From Octopus sinensis (lineage: Eukaryota): 64,000 nucleotides of DNA. The stretch spans positions 1 to 64,000 of the forward strand of contig NW_021833249.1 of the NCBI RefSeq assembly GCF_006345805.1. The letters are read 5' to 3'. The notes under the pieces were generated by a model. It did no database searches. It saw nothing but the letters and a program-made list of their open reading frames with translations, and was not told where the DNA came from. The position numbers were made by a program, and so were the translations under genes. Of this stretch, positions 1 through 12,426 are shown piece by piece; the first letter of the stretch is position 1; each line of letters opens with the position of its first letter.

Positions 1-470
1 ATTTCCTTCAAATACACATCTTAAGGATTTCTTTATCCTCTCTACACTCGGTTTGGATCAACTGTTAGTAGCAAAGAGCGCGTCATCCCTATATAGACCA
101 CCCAATAAATTAGGGAAACTATCCTTTACTTGGGATAAGAAATATAAGCCTACTAAATCAGTTATCTGAGTCGAGTCTAATGATCCCATGGTTATGTCAA
201 AATCATTGAATCAGATCTAATCCAATTATGTCCGTTAAAGTTTATTAAAGTCTGCTTGCGGCTAATATTATATCTATGTCTGATCTAGAAATGTTGACGA
301 AATTGCTTTATTTAGAAGGATAGATGAGATGGATGCATATATCAACATTTATTTACCCTTTACATGTATATTTTTACCTCATATATCTCTTATTTCTTTC
401 TAAATAATATATAAATATATTCCTTGTCTTGCTGCCATTTTATGTTATATCTATGTATGTATTTATTATT
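1..470 (-). mobile_element. Penelope-like element reverse transcriptase fragment (cut by window edge)
   Basis: Minus-strand translation DFDITMGSLDSTQITDLVGLYFLSQVKDSFPNLLGGLYRDDAL carries the PLE-type MG..D and GLYRDD motifs; stops present. Confidence 0.85.
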
Positions 471-633
471 TTGATGTAAATCATAAACATAAATGATTAT
501 CTAAATTTTTGTCTCTTCTTATACCAAGTTATATAATGTTTAACGTTTCGGGTTCGACCTGAGCACTTCCAAGCAATCAAGTAAAAACCTTTTTCGAAAG
601 AAAAAGCAATATTTATATATACACATACATACA

Positions 634-741
<108 letters not shown>

Positions 742-1021
742 CAAATAAATTGATTTTTTTGTGTGCTCACACTCTCCATTTTCCTATATTATATTATTAA
801 AATTCTGTTCTCCTATATCGAATGGATGAAAACATCTATAATGATTATTGGAACTTCATAAATGTTAACACTAATACTAAAACAAATTAATGAAATCCAA
901 AGTATATTAATTGATATGGAGCCAAACCGGTGTATGCTTGGATAAAATACATCCCTGTGAAACAGCAACCTTTTTCCATTCGAAACTATATGAGTGTGTG
1001 TATGTGTGTGTATGAATGTAT

Positions 1022-1106
<85 letters not shown>

Positions 1107-1196
1107 CAACAATTGAGGGTAAAATTAATTAATCAATCAATTTCACCAAGTGTTCAGTATGTAAAAGGACCATTTAAGACGAATTCAAAATATTAC

Positions 1197-1373
1197 ATTA
1201 TATAATTAGGGCTTAGTAAAATAAATTACTTTGCCACATACAGAACTTAGTAGAAATAGCAGCCAAAAAAGTTTTTTTAGTCGTTTAGTAGAAACGGCTA
1301 AAAAAACTTTTTGGGCTGCTATTTCTACTAAGTTCTGTATGTGGCAAAGTAATTTATTTTACTAAGCCCTAAT

Positions 1374-1381
<8 letters not shown>
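1197..1381. repeat. 185-bp near-perfect palindrome (90-bp arms, 5-nt loop); MITE-like
   Basis: Arms 1197-1286 and 1292-1381 are reverse complements with 2 mismatches; loop agtag. Confidence 0.9.
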
Positions 1382-1469
<88 letters not shown>

Positions 1470-3331
1470 TACATACATACATACATGCATACAAACATAT
1501 ATATATATAAATATATGGCTGTGTAGTAAGAAATTTTTCTCGTTCACATGGTTCCGGGTTCAGACCCACTGCGAGGCATATTGGGCGAGTGTCTTCTACT
1601 ATAGCCTCGTGATGGGGCTATACACTGTCATAAACTCAAAGAATAAAGAACTAAAGGACCGCATGCATGAAAATACTAACACCGCCAAGAATAACCACAT
1701 ATCAACAGCTAAAAACATTCTGTCTCACATAAAATCGACCAAATTTTGCAAAATATATACAACACCCGAAAGAAGTATGAAATTTCAGAGCTTTTATAAA
1801 TAAATAATTATAAAAGAACTTCGGGTGGAAATACTCGTTGGCATAGTGTAAGTGATCTTTTCTCGTTCACTGCTCTCTTATCAATCATGCCTGTGCTCAG
1901 AATAGGCATCATATTCTTGGAAGCAGAGCCGCTTGCTCAGTGACCTCAGGTAACTAGCTATAGGTGTGGTGATCATCAGCGAGACCACAGTTTCCGATCC
2001 ACAAGCCCTCATGTTCATTCTCGACTGATTCGTGATTTACATATCTCCAAGTCGACTGGAATTGGGAGGTGGAGCTGCTGTGTTGATTGGGAAAGGCCCT
2101 GAGTTCAAATTCCGCCGAGGTTCGATTTTGCCTTTCATTCCTTCGGGGTTGATAAAATAAGTACCAGTTGAACCCTGGAGTCGATGTAATTGATTTGCCT
2201 CCCCACAAACTTGCTGGCTATATGCCAAAATTTGAAACCACTATTACTTTCTTAAAATTCCACCCTTTTCTTTGACAGTCGCCAACAATTGTCGTTAGGT
2301 TAAAGTTTTTTGATCCATCTAAGACAGAAATTCCAATTAAATTAACATTTTTACGAACATCCTTCTGTAAATCCATCATTCACATAGTATTTTGTATTCT
2401 GGAACATATTACGACGAACTTCTTTCAGTTTGTTACTACCAAATCCACTCACATGGCTTTTGTCAGTTCGAGGCTATAGTAGAAGAGACTAGCTCGAGGT
2501 GCCACTGTGGGACTGAAATGGGAATCATGTGACTGGGAAGCAAACTTTTTACCACACAACTACGCATCCCTTTAAACTAACACTATTGATTCACTCATCG
2601 CTTTTTCACTCACCTAAGCATTTGTTTTCATATATTCATATTTAAGTACATCTATTTTCGCCTTCATTATAAAATATGTATTTATTTCAGTCTTTCAACC
2701 TAACAGGCATGGAGAACGCACGTTAACCGAGTAAGAAAACCACTAGTATAAAAAGATAAACAAAACTATCCACTCAAGCTTTTAAATACCTGGATTTCTA
2801 ATTGAATATTGAACCTTTCTCTTATGAAATGAATTTGTTGACTTAAATGAATTGAAGACTTCTTTTTGTCTTTCTTTTTTTCCATTGTTTCTCGGTAATG
2901 GTATCTTTTTCAAGGTTAATATGAAGGTATTTTGTTACGCACGTATTTTATTATGTTGTGTACAGGCATACTTGGTGATAAATATATGTAGGTGTGAGCG
3001 TATATGTGTGTGCTTATGTCTATAGGTATGTATAGGTGTAAATTTGTAAATGGTGTGCGTGTGTGTGTAAGTGTTTGTGTGTACTACACACACACATGTA
3101 CGTGTATGTGTATGCGTAATGTGCGTAATGTTTGCATGTAAGTTTTCACATTCATGTTTGCATGTATAATAACGTATTTAACGCTATTATCACTTACAAG
3201 ACGTAGATTGTTTAAGTAGTAAGTTGGTTGATGTAGACAAGATCTTGTTGCATCACCTCCCGTATTTTGATCACTTTATTTACTTATCTGTCTGTTTAAC
3301 TTTGCCATGTACGTATGCCGGAATGTGTGTA

Positions 3332-3406
<75 letters not shown>

Positions 3407-3643
3407 GGTAGGTGAATAAGCAACAAGGATATCCAGAGGTAATGCAGAACAATCGTTTCATGCAACATCCCTGTGAAACACTAACCTTTTTCCATTCGAA
3501 ACTGTATGAGTGTGTTTATGTGTATATATATATGCAATCATTTCATTACATCAATTTAAAATGTAGAGCAATCTTCAGCTGCACAAAGACATAGAATTTA
3601 ATTAAATTAGAACAGAAGGACACATTAGTATAATTTTACCTAA

Positions 3644-4036
3644 GGCGCAGGAATGGCTGTGTGGTAAGTAGCTTGTTTACCAACCACATGGTTCTGGGTT
3701 GAGTCCCACTACATGGCACCTTGGGCAAGTGTCTTCTACTATAGCCTCGGGCCGACCAAAGCCTTGTGAAACTGAAAGAAGCCCGTCGTATATATATATA
3801 TATATATATATATGCGTGTGTGTGTTTGTGTGTCTGTGTTTGTTCCCCTAGCATTGCTTGACAACCGATGCTGGTGTGTTTATGTCCCCGTTACTTAGCG
3901 GATCGGCAAAAGAGAATAAGTACTGGGCTTACAAAAGAATAAGTCCCGGGGTCGAGTTGCTCGATTAAAGGTGGTGCTACAGCATGGCCACAGTCAAATG
4001 ACTGAAACAAGTAAAAGAGAGTAAAGAGTAAGAGTA
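3644..4036 (+). mobile_element. Full-length tRNA-type SINE with internal (TA)/(TG) tract
   Basis: Head ggcgcaggaatggctgtgtggtaag...gttctgggttgagtccc and tail gtcaaatgactgaaacaagtaaaagag; homologous copies on the minus strand at 19272-19696 and 58690-59117. Confidence 0.8.
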
Positions 4037-4307
4037 AGATCTCCAATAAGTTAAGGAGATAGACAAAGAACATGTTGTACCTACAACAACATAGTTTTAA
4101 CTGAAATTTTTCCAAGAAGACACTGCCTGTCACTGATTTTTTGTTATTTTGTTTGTTTGTTTTATGGGGTCAGTTTTAATTTATAGACTAGTTTATCAAA
4201 TCCTTTGTATATTTAAGGCTGAGAGAAAACAGAGGGTAGTATCTGTTTGGAGTAGAGTTGATGGAGTAGGCAGACATTCAAGGTGGCATAGCCATAAAAA
4301 TCAAGAT

Positions 4308-4309
<2 letters not shown>

Positions 4310-4355
<46 letters not shown>

Positions 4356-4780
4356 GTTTAGCGTCCGCTTTCCATGCTGGCATGGGTTGGACGGTGCAAC
4401 TGGGGTCTGGGAACCCAGAAGGCTGCACCAGGCCCAGTCTGATCTGGCAATGTTTCTACGGCTGGATGCCCTTCCTAACGCCAACCACTCCATGAGTGTA
4501 GTGGGTGCTTTTTACGTGCCACCGGCACAGGTGCCAGACGAGGCTGGCAAACGGCCACGATCGGATGGTGCTTTTTACGTGCCACCGGCACGGAGCCAGG
4601 CGAGGCTGGCAGACGGCTACGATCGGATGGTGCTTTTTACGTGCCACCGACACAGGTACCAGACGAGGCTGGCAAACGGCCACGATCGAATGGTGCTTTT
4701 TACGTGCCACCGGCACTGAGGCCAGGCGAGGCTGGCAACGGCCATGATCGGATGGTGCTTTTAGCGTGCCACCGGCACGG
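4310..4780 (+). mobile_element. (ATC)n-headed interspersed repeat (RTE-tail-like) with internal 62/63-bp minisatellite
   Basis: Motif ggtgctttttacgtgccaccggcac at 4504, 4567, 4629, 4692 and 4754; related sequence at 7746-8056, 20590-20900 and 49503-49827. Confidence 0.75.
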
Positions 4781-5829
4781 ATAGAAGCAATGTCATGAGG
4801 TTTAGTAAGGGAAAATTTAAAACAAGATGCTAGCTAATTATTAAGGGATTGCCCACTAGCAGACCATTGATAATGAAACAGGGGAACTCTTATCATGTAG
4901 TACTATAGTTAAATATTATAAAACAATGCTGATATATTGTATACAGCTAAAGTTTAGGGTTATTCAAAAGATTATTAAGAAGAATATTGTAACAAAAAGG
5001 ATATAAATTTATGAATACTTTTTAGTATATATCAAACTTTTACCACAATAGAGGGAGGAAAAGAAAATACAGAAATAGTTTAATATTTAAACATATTGTA
5101 TACTTAAATACTAACTTATCAGATGGTATCTGTGAATATTGATTAAATGATATTTAATGGTATTAATAAAGGAGTATTGAGGTAAAAGTACATGCTAATT
5201 ATATATTAAAAGAATTTTAATCTAAGCAGTCTTTTTATAAGTAGATTGATATTTATATACTCATTACTTATCTATTATTATAAGGTTTCTATGGAGATTG
5301 ATCAAATGGATTTAACTGGCATTTAATAAGTGGGTGGGGGGGCAACTGAGGTTAAAGAACATGTCAACTATATACTGATTTTATTAAAGTTAAACTAATT
5401 TTAAGTTGTGGAGATACTGATATTACCTTATATAAGCTGAATATGAATTAATAGGGGTACAAGGATTAGATTTATTTAGGGCTGCTATAAAAATAACAAT
5501 AACAACAATAATAAAATAATCAAGGGTATCATACGTACATAGTACTACCCGTACCTTCAAATATTTTAGAATGTAGCACTTTATTGATCTTGAGTTCTTA
5601 AATCCTATAATATACCTCTTAGTTTAAAATCAATGCATAAATAGCATACCCTACATCATTTATTTTTCTTTTAGTCAATACAAGGTATCAGTGATTAAAG
5701 ACACAAGCTAATTAAGTAAATAAACAATTTTTAATTTCTAGAATTATTGCATATGTTCTATAAATCTTCTCAATTGCAGTTACTAAGTTGTATATATACT
5801 TCATCATGATTTTAAAGATTAAGCTATTT

Positions 5830-6540
5830 CATATCCTTTTCTATGGTGTTTCTACTCTACCCAATCATTTCAATACTTTATAATTACCTTTATAAAAAAT
5901 TTTTGTACCCCTATAAATCCATAGTGTGTATATGGGCGTGTGTGTGCGTGCATAAGGGTATGTGCGTATATAGACGTGGTTTACTCTTTGTATACTCCCT
6001 TATGCCTTTTTTCTGTATTGTTACCCTTAACCCTTTTTTCTTGCGATTGTGCGTATGTAGACGTGTGTATGAACGGTGCGCGCGCGTGTGTGTAGGTGTA
6101 TATGTATATGCATATACATTTGGCGAAGGATGTGTACGTTTTCAAGTGAGGGTGGATGAATGCATGCGCATGCACGTTGGTGTTCGGGCGCACATGTGTA
6201 GGTATGAACAGACGCGCTTCTGCGAATACTATGAACTCTTTACTCCCTTACTTTACTCCCATACTTAGCTCTTTTGTCTTAATAACGGTCAATCGCGCAG
6301 TAATTTCCCTTTGTATAACGTTCATTTTTCATAGCGTTTTTCCGATGGCCGGATAACTGAAGAGATGGCGGCGTGGATTTCCACCTCGGCATCCGAGACT
6401 CAGAGTTTTATCATGGCTACCGAATAATTGTCACATATTACATTTACAGATAAATTCCTCTATTTACATAATATCGAAGTCTCTTTCTTTCTTTTGTTAT
6501 CTTACATCTACAATGCCATCTGCATCACGTTTCTAAAGAT
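5830..6540 (+). mobile_element. Probable non-coding PLE 3' tail / pseudo-LTR
   Basis: Purine-pyrimidine-alternating tail similar in style to 53030-53420, followed by a hammerhead-like motif at 6352-6412. Confidence 0.5.
6352..6412 (+). ncRNA. Degenerate type I hammerhead ribozyme motif
   Basis: GATAA-CTGAAGA-GATG...CATC-C-GAGAC-TCAGA-GTT-TTATC. Stem I GATAA/TTATC and stem II GATG/CATC pair; the core GAAA is mutated to GAGA. Confidence 0.5.
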
Positions 6541-6739
6541 ACCATAATCAGATATGTATGTACAACTTTTTTGTGAGTGTCACTATAATATATGAAAACA
6601 ATTTTTAACAACTTGTTCATCGATAGATTAGATTCATTTAATAACACGCTAAATTTTCTATCTCCTATATCAGAAATGAAATCAAACGACGTTATAGAAA
6701 GTGAAAGTGAAAGGAAGGGAGAAAGTAATAATGAGTGAA

Positions 6740-7023
6740 TTAGAATAACGACGAAGGGTTTAAAAAGCGTAAAAATATTTTCTTTCTCAACTTACTCAAG
6801 ATCTTTTTTTGTTTATAAATGGTAGAGAGATAGATAGAGAAAGATAGAGAGTAAGAGAAAGCGAGGGAAAGTCCGAGAGAAATGAAGAGTAAGAGAGTGG
6901 GAAAGTGAGAGAGAAAGGAGAGAGATACAAAGAGGGAGAATATGGCGGTAAGAAACAGAAAGGAAGCAACAGAAAGTAACAACCACACCTCACCCGCGCG
7001 TAGAGCGGGTCACCTTAAGCTAG
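6740..7023 (+). mobile_element. Non-autonomous Helitron family A, 3' part
   Basis: Ends in hairpin acccgc-gcgtaga-gcgggt then CTAG (7020-7023). Confidence 0.8.
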
Positions 7024-7600
7024 TCTCTATATTATAATTCTGAAATGTAAAAAGTTTGTTTGTCTGGTTTGGGCATTGAGAACGGGTTAAAGGCCACTAG
7101 ATCCCGTCGGATTGACTCCAAAATTTACAGGGACATGTAAAATGAGGTGAGGATGCGAGTGGGCTAGCTTAGAAATCCCCATCTTAAAAGGTGTCATTGC
7201 TAGGGCCAAAAACGCACACTTTGACAAGTCTCCTCTCATTCTTTTATATATCTGTCTTCCTCCGTTTCTCTCTCTTTCCTCCCTTCCCTTCACTTTCTCT
7301 CTATAACGTCATTTCACAGCGTCCTATATCTTCCCCCACCGATTCGACAGCGCTTTCACACTCTCTCTCTCTACGTCTGTCTGCATTCATAGAGAGAATT
7401 ATCATCGCCACCACCAACACACAATCATGAGAACAAATATTATGAACCAGATATTTATTGGGTTAATTTATATATGTGTGTGTGTGTGTGTGTATTCTAT
7501 ATATAAATATGTATATATAATGTATATATACAAAGTGTATATATCTGTATTTATGAATAAATATATATATATAATTTACAAGATAAATTATGTATAAATT
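7024..7600 (+). mobile_element. Helitron family A, 5' part directly abutting the previous 3' end
   Basis: Starts TC at 7024; homologous to 9407-10030 and to the reverse complement of ~8780-9290. Confidence 0.75.
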
Positions 7601-7689
7601 TTACCTTTAAAGGCATTTTTTGATATGCTGACCATTGATAAAAATTTTTTCCCGAAAAAATTTTATCCTATATCAATTATATATATATA

Positions 7690-9285
7690 CTAGCTGAAGG
7701 TGACCCGCTCTACGCGCGGGTAAGAGTGTGGTTGTTACTTTCTGTTGCGTCCTTTCAGCACGTAAAAAGCACCATCCGAACGTGGCCGATTGCAGCGCCG
7801 CCTTGACTTGCTTCTGTGCCGGTGGCACGTAAAAAGCACCAACCGATCGTTGCCGCAGCGAGCTCCCCTGGCACCTGTGCCGGCGGCACGAAAAAATCAC
7901 CTACTACACTCACAGAGTGGTTGGCGTTAGGAAGTTCATCCACCTGTAGATCAGGCTGGAGCCTGGTGCAGCCTCCTGGCTTCCCAGACCCCGGTCACAC
8001 TGTCCAACCCGTGCTAGCACGGAAAACGGACGTTAAACGATGATGATGATGATGATTCTCCGTCTTTGTTTCTTTCTCCTTTCTCTTTCACTTTCCCACT
8101 CTCTTACTTTTCTTTTCTCTCGGACTCTCCCTCGCTTTCTCTTACTCTCTATCTTTATCTATCTCTCTCCCATTTATAAACAACAAAAGATCTTGAGTTA
8201 GTTGAGAAATAAAATATTTAGAAAGATCAATCATAAATATCAGGCAGTGGCAACGGAAAAGTCTGCTTTAAGGCAGACAGCAAAACGCTAACATTTAAAA
8301 GGGACAGACGAACTTGCGAGCTGAATAAAAATAATAAAATATTGGAAAGCAAAGTTTGAAGGGATAGAATCTGAGGATAGTAGAGTCACCATGGCTGGCA
8401 TTTCTTAACGACGGACAGCAACGTATTGACAGTTTAACGGCTGGCGTAAAATTTTGAACTTGATGTAAAAGAAAATTCATAAACACCAAGTAACGAAAGG
8501 GTTCATAGGTGTGCATATTTTCAGCTGAACCGACCGACCACATAATGCACACATTATATATATATATGTGTGTGTGTGCACGCATTATATATACAAATTA
8601 TATATATATATGTATAAATTAAATTAGAGATAAAACCACTAATAGGCAAAAAAAAAAAAACATAAAAATAAAAATATAATATAGAAAATATAGAAAATTG
8701 AAAAATTTGAATTATTTAAATTTAAAATAGCAATTATTAACTTATATTTATAATTTGTTTAAAAATATATATAACTATCAAAAAGTATTAAAAAGTTTAA
8801 TATACATAAATACAGATATATACACTTTGTATATATACATTATATATACATATTTATATATCGAACACACATACACACACACACATTTATAAATGAACGC
8901 AATGAATATCTGATTCATAATATTTGTTCTCATGATTGTGTGTTGTTGGTAGCGATGATAATTCTCCCTATGAATGCAGACAGATACATCAAAGAAAGCC
9001 GTCTGACGAACTTATAAAGGGAAAGTGAAAGGGAGTTGAGGGGAATACATTAGATAACGGTAGTGGACTTCTCAAAGTTAAAAATGAAGGGGAGTAAGAG
9101 GGAGAAAGGAGGAAATAGCGTGAGTGAGGAAGATGGCCCCTAGCAATCACACATTTCAAGATAGGGATTTGTAAGGTAGCCCACGAGCCTTGTCACCTTA
9201 TTCTACATGCCCCTGTAAATTTTGGAGCGAATCGGACGGGATGTAGTGGCATTGAAAGCGATCCAAGCGGTAAAAACGCATTTCA

Positions 9286-9300
<15 letters not shown>
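7690..9300 (-). mobile_element. Near full-length Helitron family A carrying an inserted (ATC)n-headed repeat
   Basis: CTAG and hairpin at 7690-7725 on the minus strand; 5' end runs into the (TA)n tract at ~9290; insert at 7746-8056. Confidence 0.8.
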
Positions 9301-9341
<41 letters not shown>

Positions 9342-10035
9342 GTATACATTTATATTTATATATACCACACTCTTACCCGCGCATAGAGCGGGTCACCCTA
9401 AGCTAGTCAATATCTATAAATTTGAAATGCGAAAAGTTCTTTGTCTGGTTTTGGCATTGGAACAAGTTAAAGGGCACTAGATCCCGTCGGATTGACTCCA
9501 AAATTTACAGGAACATGTAAAATGAGGTGAGGATGTGAGTGGGCTAGGTTAGAAATCCATATCTTAAAAGGTGTGGTTACTAGGGCCAAAAACGCACACT
9601 TTGACAAGTCTACTCTCATTCTCTTATCTGCCTGTCTTCCTCCATCCCTCTCTCTTTCCTCCCTTCCTTTCACTTTCTCTCTATAATGTCGTTTGACAGC
9701 GTCTACTATCTTTACCCCCGCCGCCTTCGCCAGCGCTGTCACTATTTCTCCCACATCCCCACTCTCTCTCTCTCTATAGGTTATTGAAGAGCTTCCTTGT
9801 AAGTATGGTTGACTGGAAAATGTCTATCTATCAGTGCTAAGAAGTACTTGCATTCATAGAGAGAATTATCATCGCCACCACAACCACACAATCATGAGAA
9901 CAAATATGAATCAGATATTTATTGGGTTAATTTATATATGCGTGTGTGTGTGTGCGCGTGTGTGTGTGTTCTATATATAAATATGTATATATAATGTATA
10001 TATACAAAGTGTATATATCTGTATTTATATATATA

Positions 10036-11299
10036 CTAGCATTATGACCCGTCATGTATGTATATATGTGTATGTATATGTGTACATATTACATGTACAT
10101 CTATATATATATATATATATATCTGCACATAAAATACAAAATACAAAGTTATATCTAGTGATAACAATACTCAAAATATATAACAGACTGGAATTGTAGG
10201 CCCGTCTCTTGCAATTTCGATCAATTGTATCTTGTCCTCCCTCTTGTATAGAAGTGTGGCTACAATCCAGCCTACTTCTACTTCTGGGGGGGGGACATTT
10301 AAAATTTTTATCTGGGTCGTCCTAATCCCAGATATAAAGGTAAAAATAAAATATTTCCACTTTGCAAGGTTCTAGTCGAGTACTCCCTTGCACGCTCCGT
10401 TGACTCGAACCTTGCTTCTATTGTGGCAAATTTACCGCCTCTGGTTAGATATCTTTCATAGTCGCACCAAGACACTTTTCGATGGTGCTTTCCTCCAGGT
10501 GTTCAAATCTTTTTTTTCTCTACATTGTATACTTTATAGACAATAGTCTTTTCTTTAATTTAATTTTTATGTCGTTTGGTGGTGTTATCCTAGATTCACC
10601 GTTTTTGTCGGTGATCAATCCGAAATAGGTTTGTATTTCTTCCATTTTAATTTTTATGAGATCGCGCCCGCCGACGGCTGCAGCGAAATTCATTGTTGGA
10701 CTTTCTTCTATCAAAGGCATTCTAACAAAAATGTTTTCGTATAAACGATGAAAATATTGTCAATTCCCCAAACAGGGACACAATTCAATTTTTAAATAAT
10801 AACCAAAGCTCCTTCTCCCAAAGGGGGAGGGTTACAGTTTACAATTATTTAACAAATGCAACTAATTTTATTTTTAATTTATTCCCATTTATGTGAAACC
10901 ACTTATTCAAGTTCAAGTCATTGATGCAATTTTATACCAATTGCTATTTTTACTTTTGTTATGTTACGATTATATTATACTTTAGTTTGATTTTAATTAT
11001 TACTTACTACATATAATTCAATTGTTATTATTATCTATATTTTTTATTGTTAAAGTGAAAGTATCTGACATAAAATAGAGAAATGTTTTCGTTTCACTTT
11101 TAACACGTAATACTGAAATAGTGGAGAAGATATGATATTGCTATGGGCTCGCCCTAGGCAAGAAGTTGAACATCTTTTTGCCCATGAAACTACATGGACG
11201 CTAAGTAAGGCATGTGTAAAATTTGAATGAAATTGGTTGTGTAGTTCTCAAGTTTTAGGGAAACACAGACAGACAGACACACATTCTCAGTTTTATAGA
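10036..11299 (-). mobile_element. Nested non-autonomous Helitron family B
   Basis: Minus-strand A|TCTATAAAACTGAGAATGTG start at 11299 and ...GCTAG|T end at 10036; 3' hairpin partly lost. Confidence 0.65.
10190..10760 (-). pseudogene. Possible LINE ORF1-like fragment inside Helitron B
   Basis: Frameshifted translations ...YLTRGGKFATIEARFESTERAREYSTRTLQSGNILFLPLYLGLGRP... read like non-LTR ORF1 sequence; no diagnostic motif. Confidence 0.35.
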
Positions 11300-11338
11300 T
11301 ATATATATAATTTGTACACATTTGTATATATAATGCGT

Positions 11339-11369
<31 letters not shown>

Positions 11370-12426
11370 ATTCGTATATATGTACATATATATATTTAAT
11401 GCGTATATATATATATAATGTGTGCATTATGTGGTCGGTTGAGCTGAAAATATGCACACCTATGTTAAAAGTGCTGGCGAGTTTGCATGGCAACTATTTT
11501 TTTCTTTAAATGAAAGGTGTGACCTCTAGGACAAAATTCCTCATCTTATAAAATGTGGCCCGAGTAGACCCGAATGAAATCGGGTTATATTAACCAAAAT
11601 GTCAAAAGGGGTCTAAATGGAGCTGGAAGGGGATTAAAATTTACAAGAGTGGGTGTTTAGGAATTCTCTGTTACATCAAGCTAAAAAATTTGCACCAGCC
11701 TTTAAATCTTCAATATGTTGCGTCCATGATGAAGAGGTTTTGAATGCTTGCCATGGTGACTCTACTATCCTCATATTATATCCCTTCAAACTTTGCTTTC
11801 CAATATTTTTTAATTTTTATTCAGCTCGCAAGTTCGTCTGTCCCTTCTAAATGTTAGTGTTTTGCTGTCTATCTTGAAGCAGACCTTTCCGTTGTCACTG
11901 CCTGATATTTATGATTGATCTTTCAAAATATTTTCTTTCTCAACCTACTCAAGAACTTTTGTTGTTTATAAATGGGAGAGAGATAGATAGAGAAAGATAG
12001 AGAGTAAGAGAAAGCGAGGGAGAGTCCGAGAGAAAAGAAAAGTAAGAGAGTGGGAAAGTGAGAGAGAAAGGAGAGAGAAACAAAGAGGGAGAATGTGGTG
12101 ATAAAAACAGAAAGGAAGCAACAGAAAATAACAACCACACTCTTACCCGCGCGTAGAGCGGGTCACCTTAAGCTAGTAGAAATATAAAATACAACTTATC
12201 AGTTTGCCGCTAAGAATTCTTTCATTCGCCGTTAACAGTTCTTATGTTTGCAGCTTACAAATTCTTGAGGTGAAGAACACTGATTGAGTATGCAGGGTGG
12301 CCAACTTATAAATTGAAAAGTAAAATCTGCAGAAATCCTAAAATTGTGTTCTGATATAAGTTACATTCGTTTTCAGCCATTATCGGCCCAGGCCATGACT
12401 AACTCAATAGCATTACCTGGAAAAGT

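Larger units (their letters stand above)
9407..12176 (+). mobile_element. Helitron family A copy interrupted by a second Helitron family
   Basis: TC start at 9407 immediately after CTAG 9403-9406; 3' hairpin plus CTAG at 12173-12176; interrupted at 10036-11299. Confidence 0.75.

Noticed and set aside
3644-3730. tRNA genes at SINE heads
   Set aside because: A/B-box-like motifs continue directly into SINE bodies, and no cloverleaf is supportable.
4504-4778. CRISPR-like repeat-spacer pattern
   Set aside because: The spacers are homologous to one another, the array lies in a eukaryotic interspersed repeat, and no cas genes are present.
5478-5545. ttag|GGC TGC TAT AAA (GCYK) as a possible missing N-terminal WSC exon
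   Set aside because: Runs into an AAC/AAT repeat and a stop with no further cysteines; the N-terminal WSC exon was not found in the window.
4800-5800. AT-rich stretch with hints of decayed viral or Polinton coding (GGATEV)
   Set aside because: Stops in all frames and no second motif.
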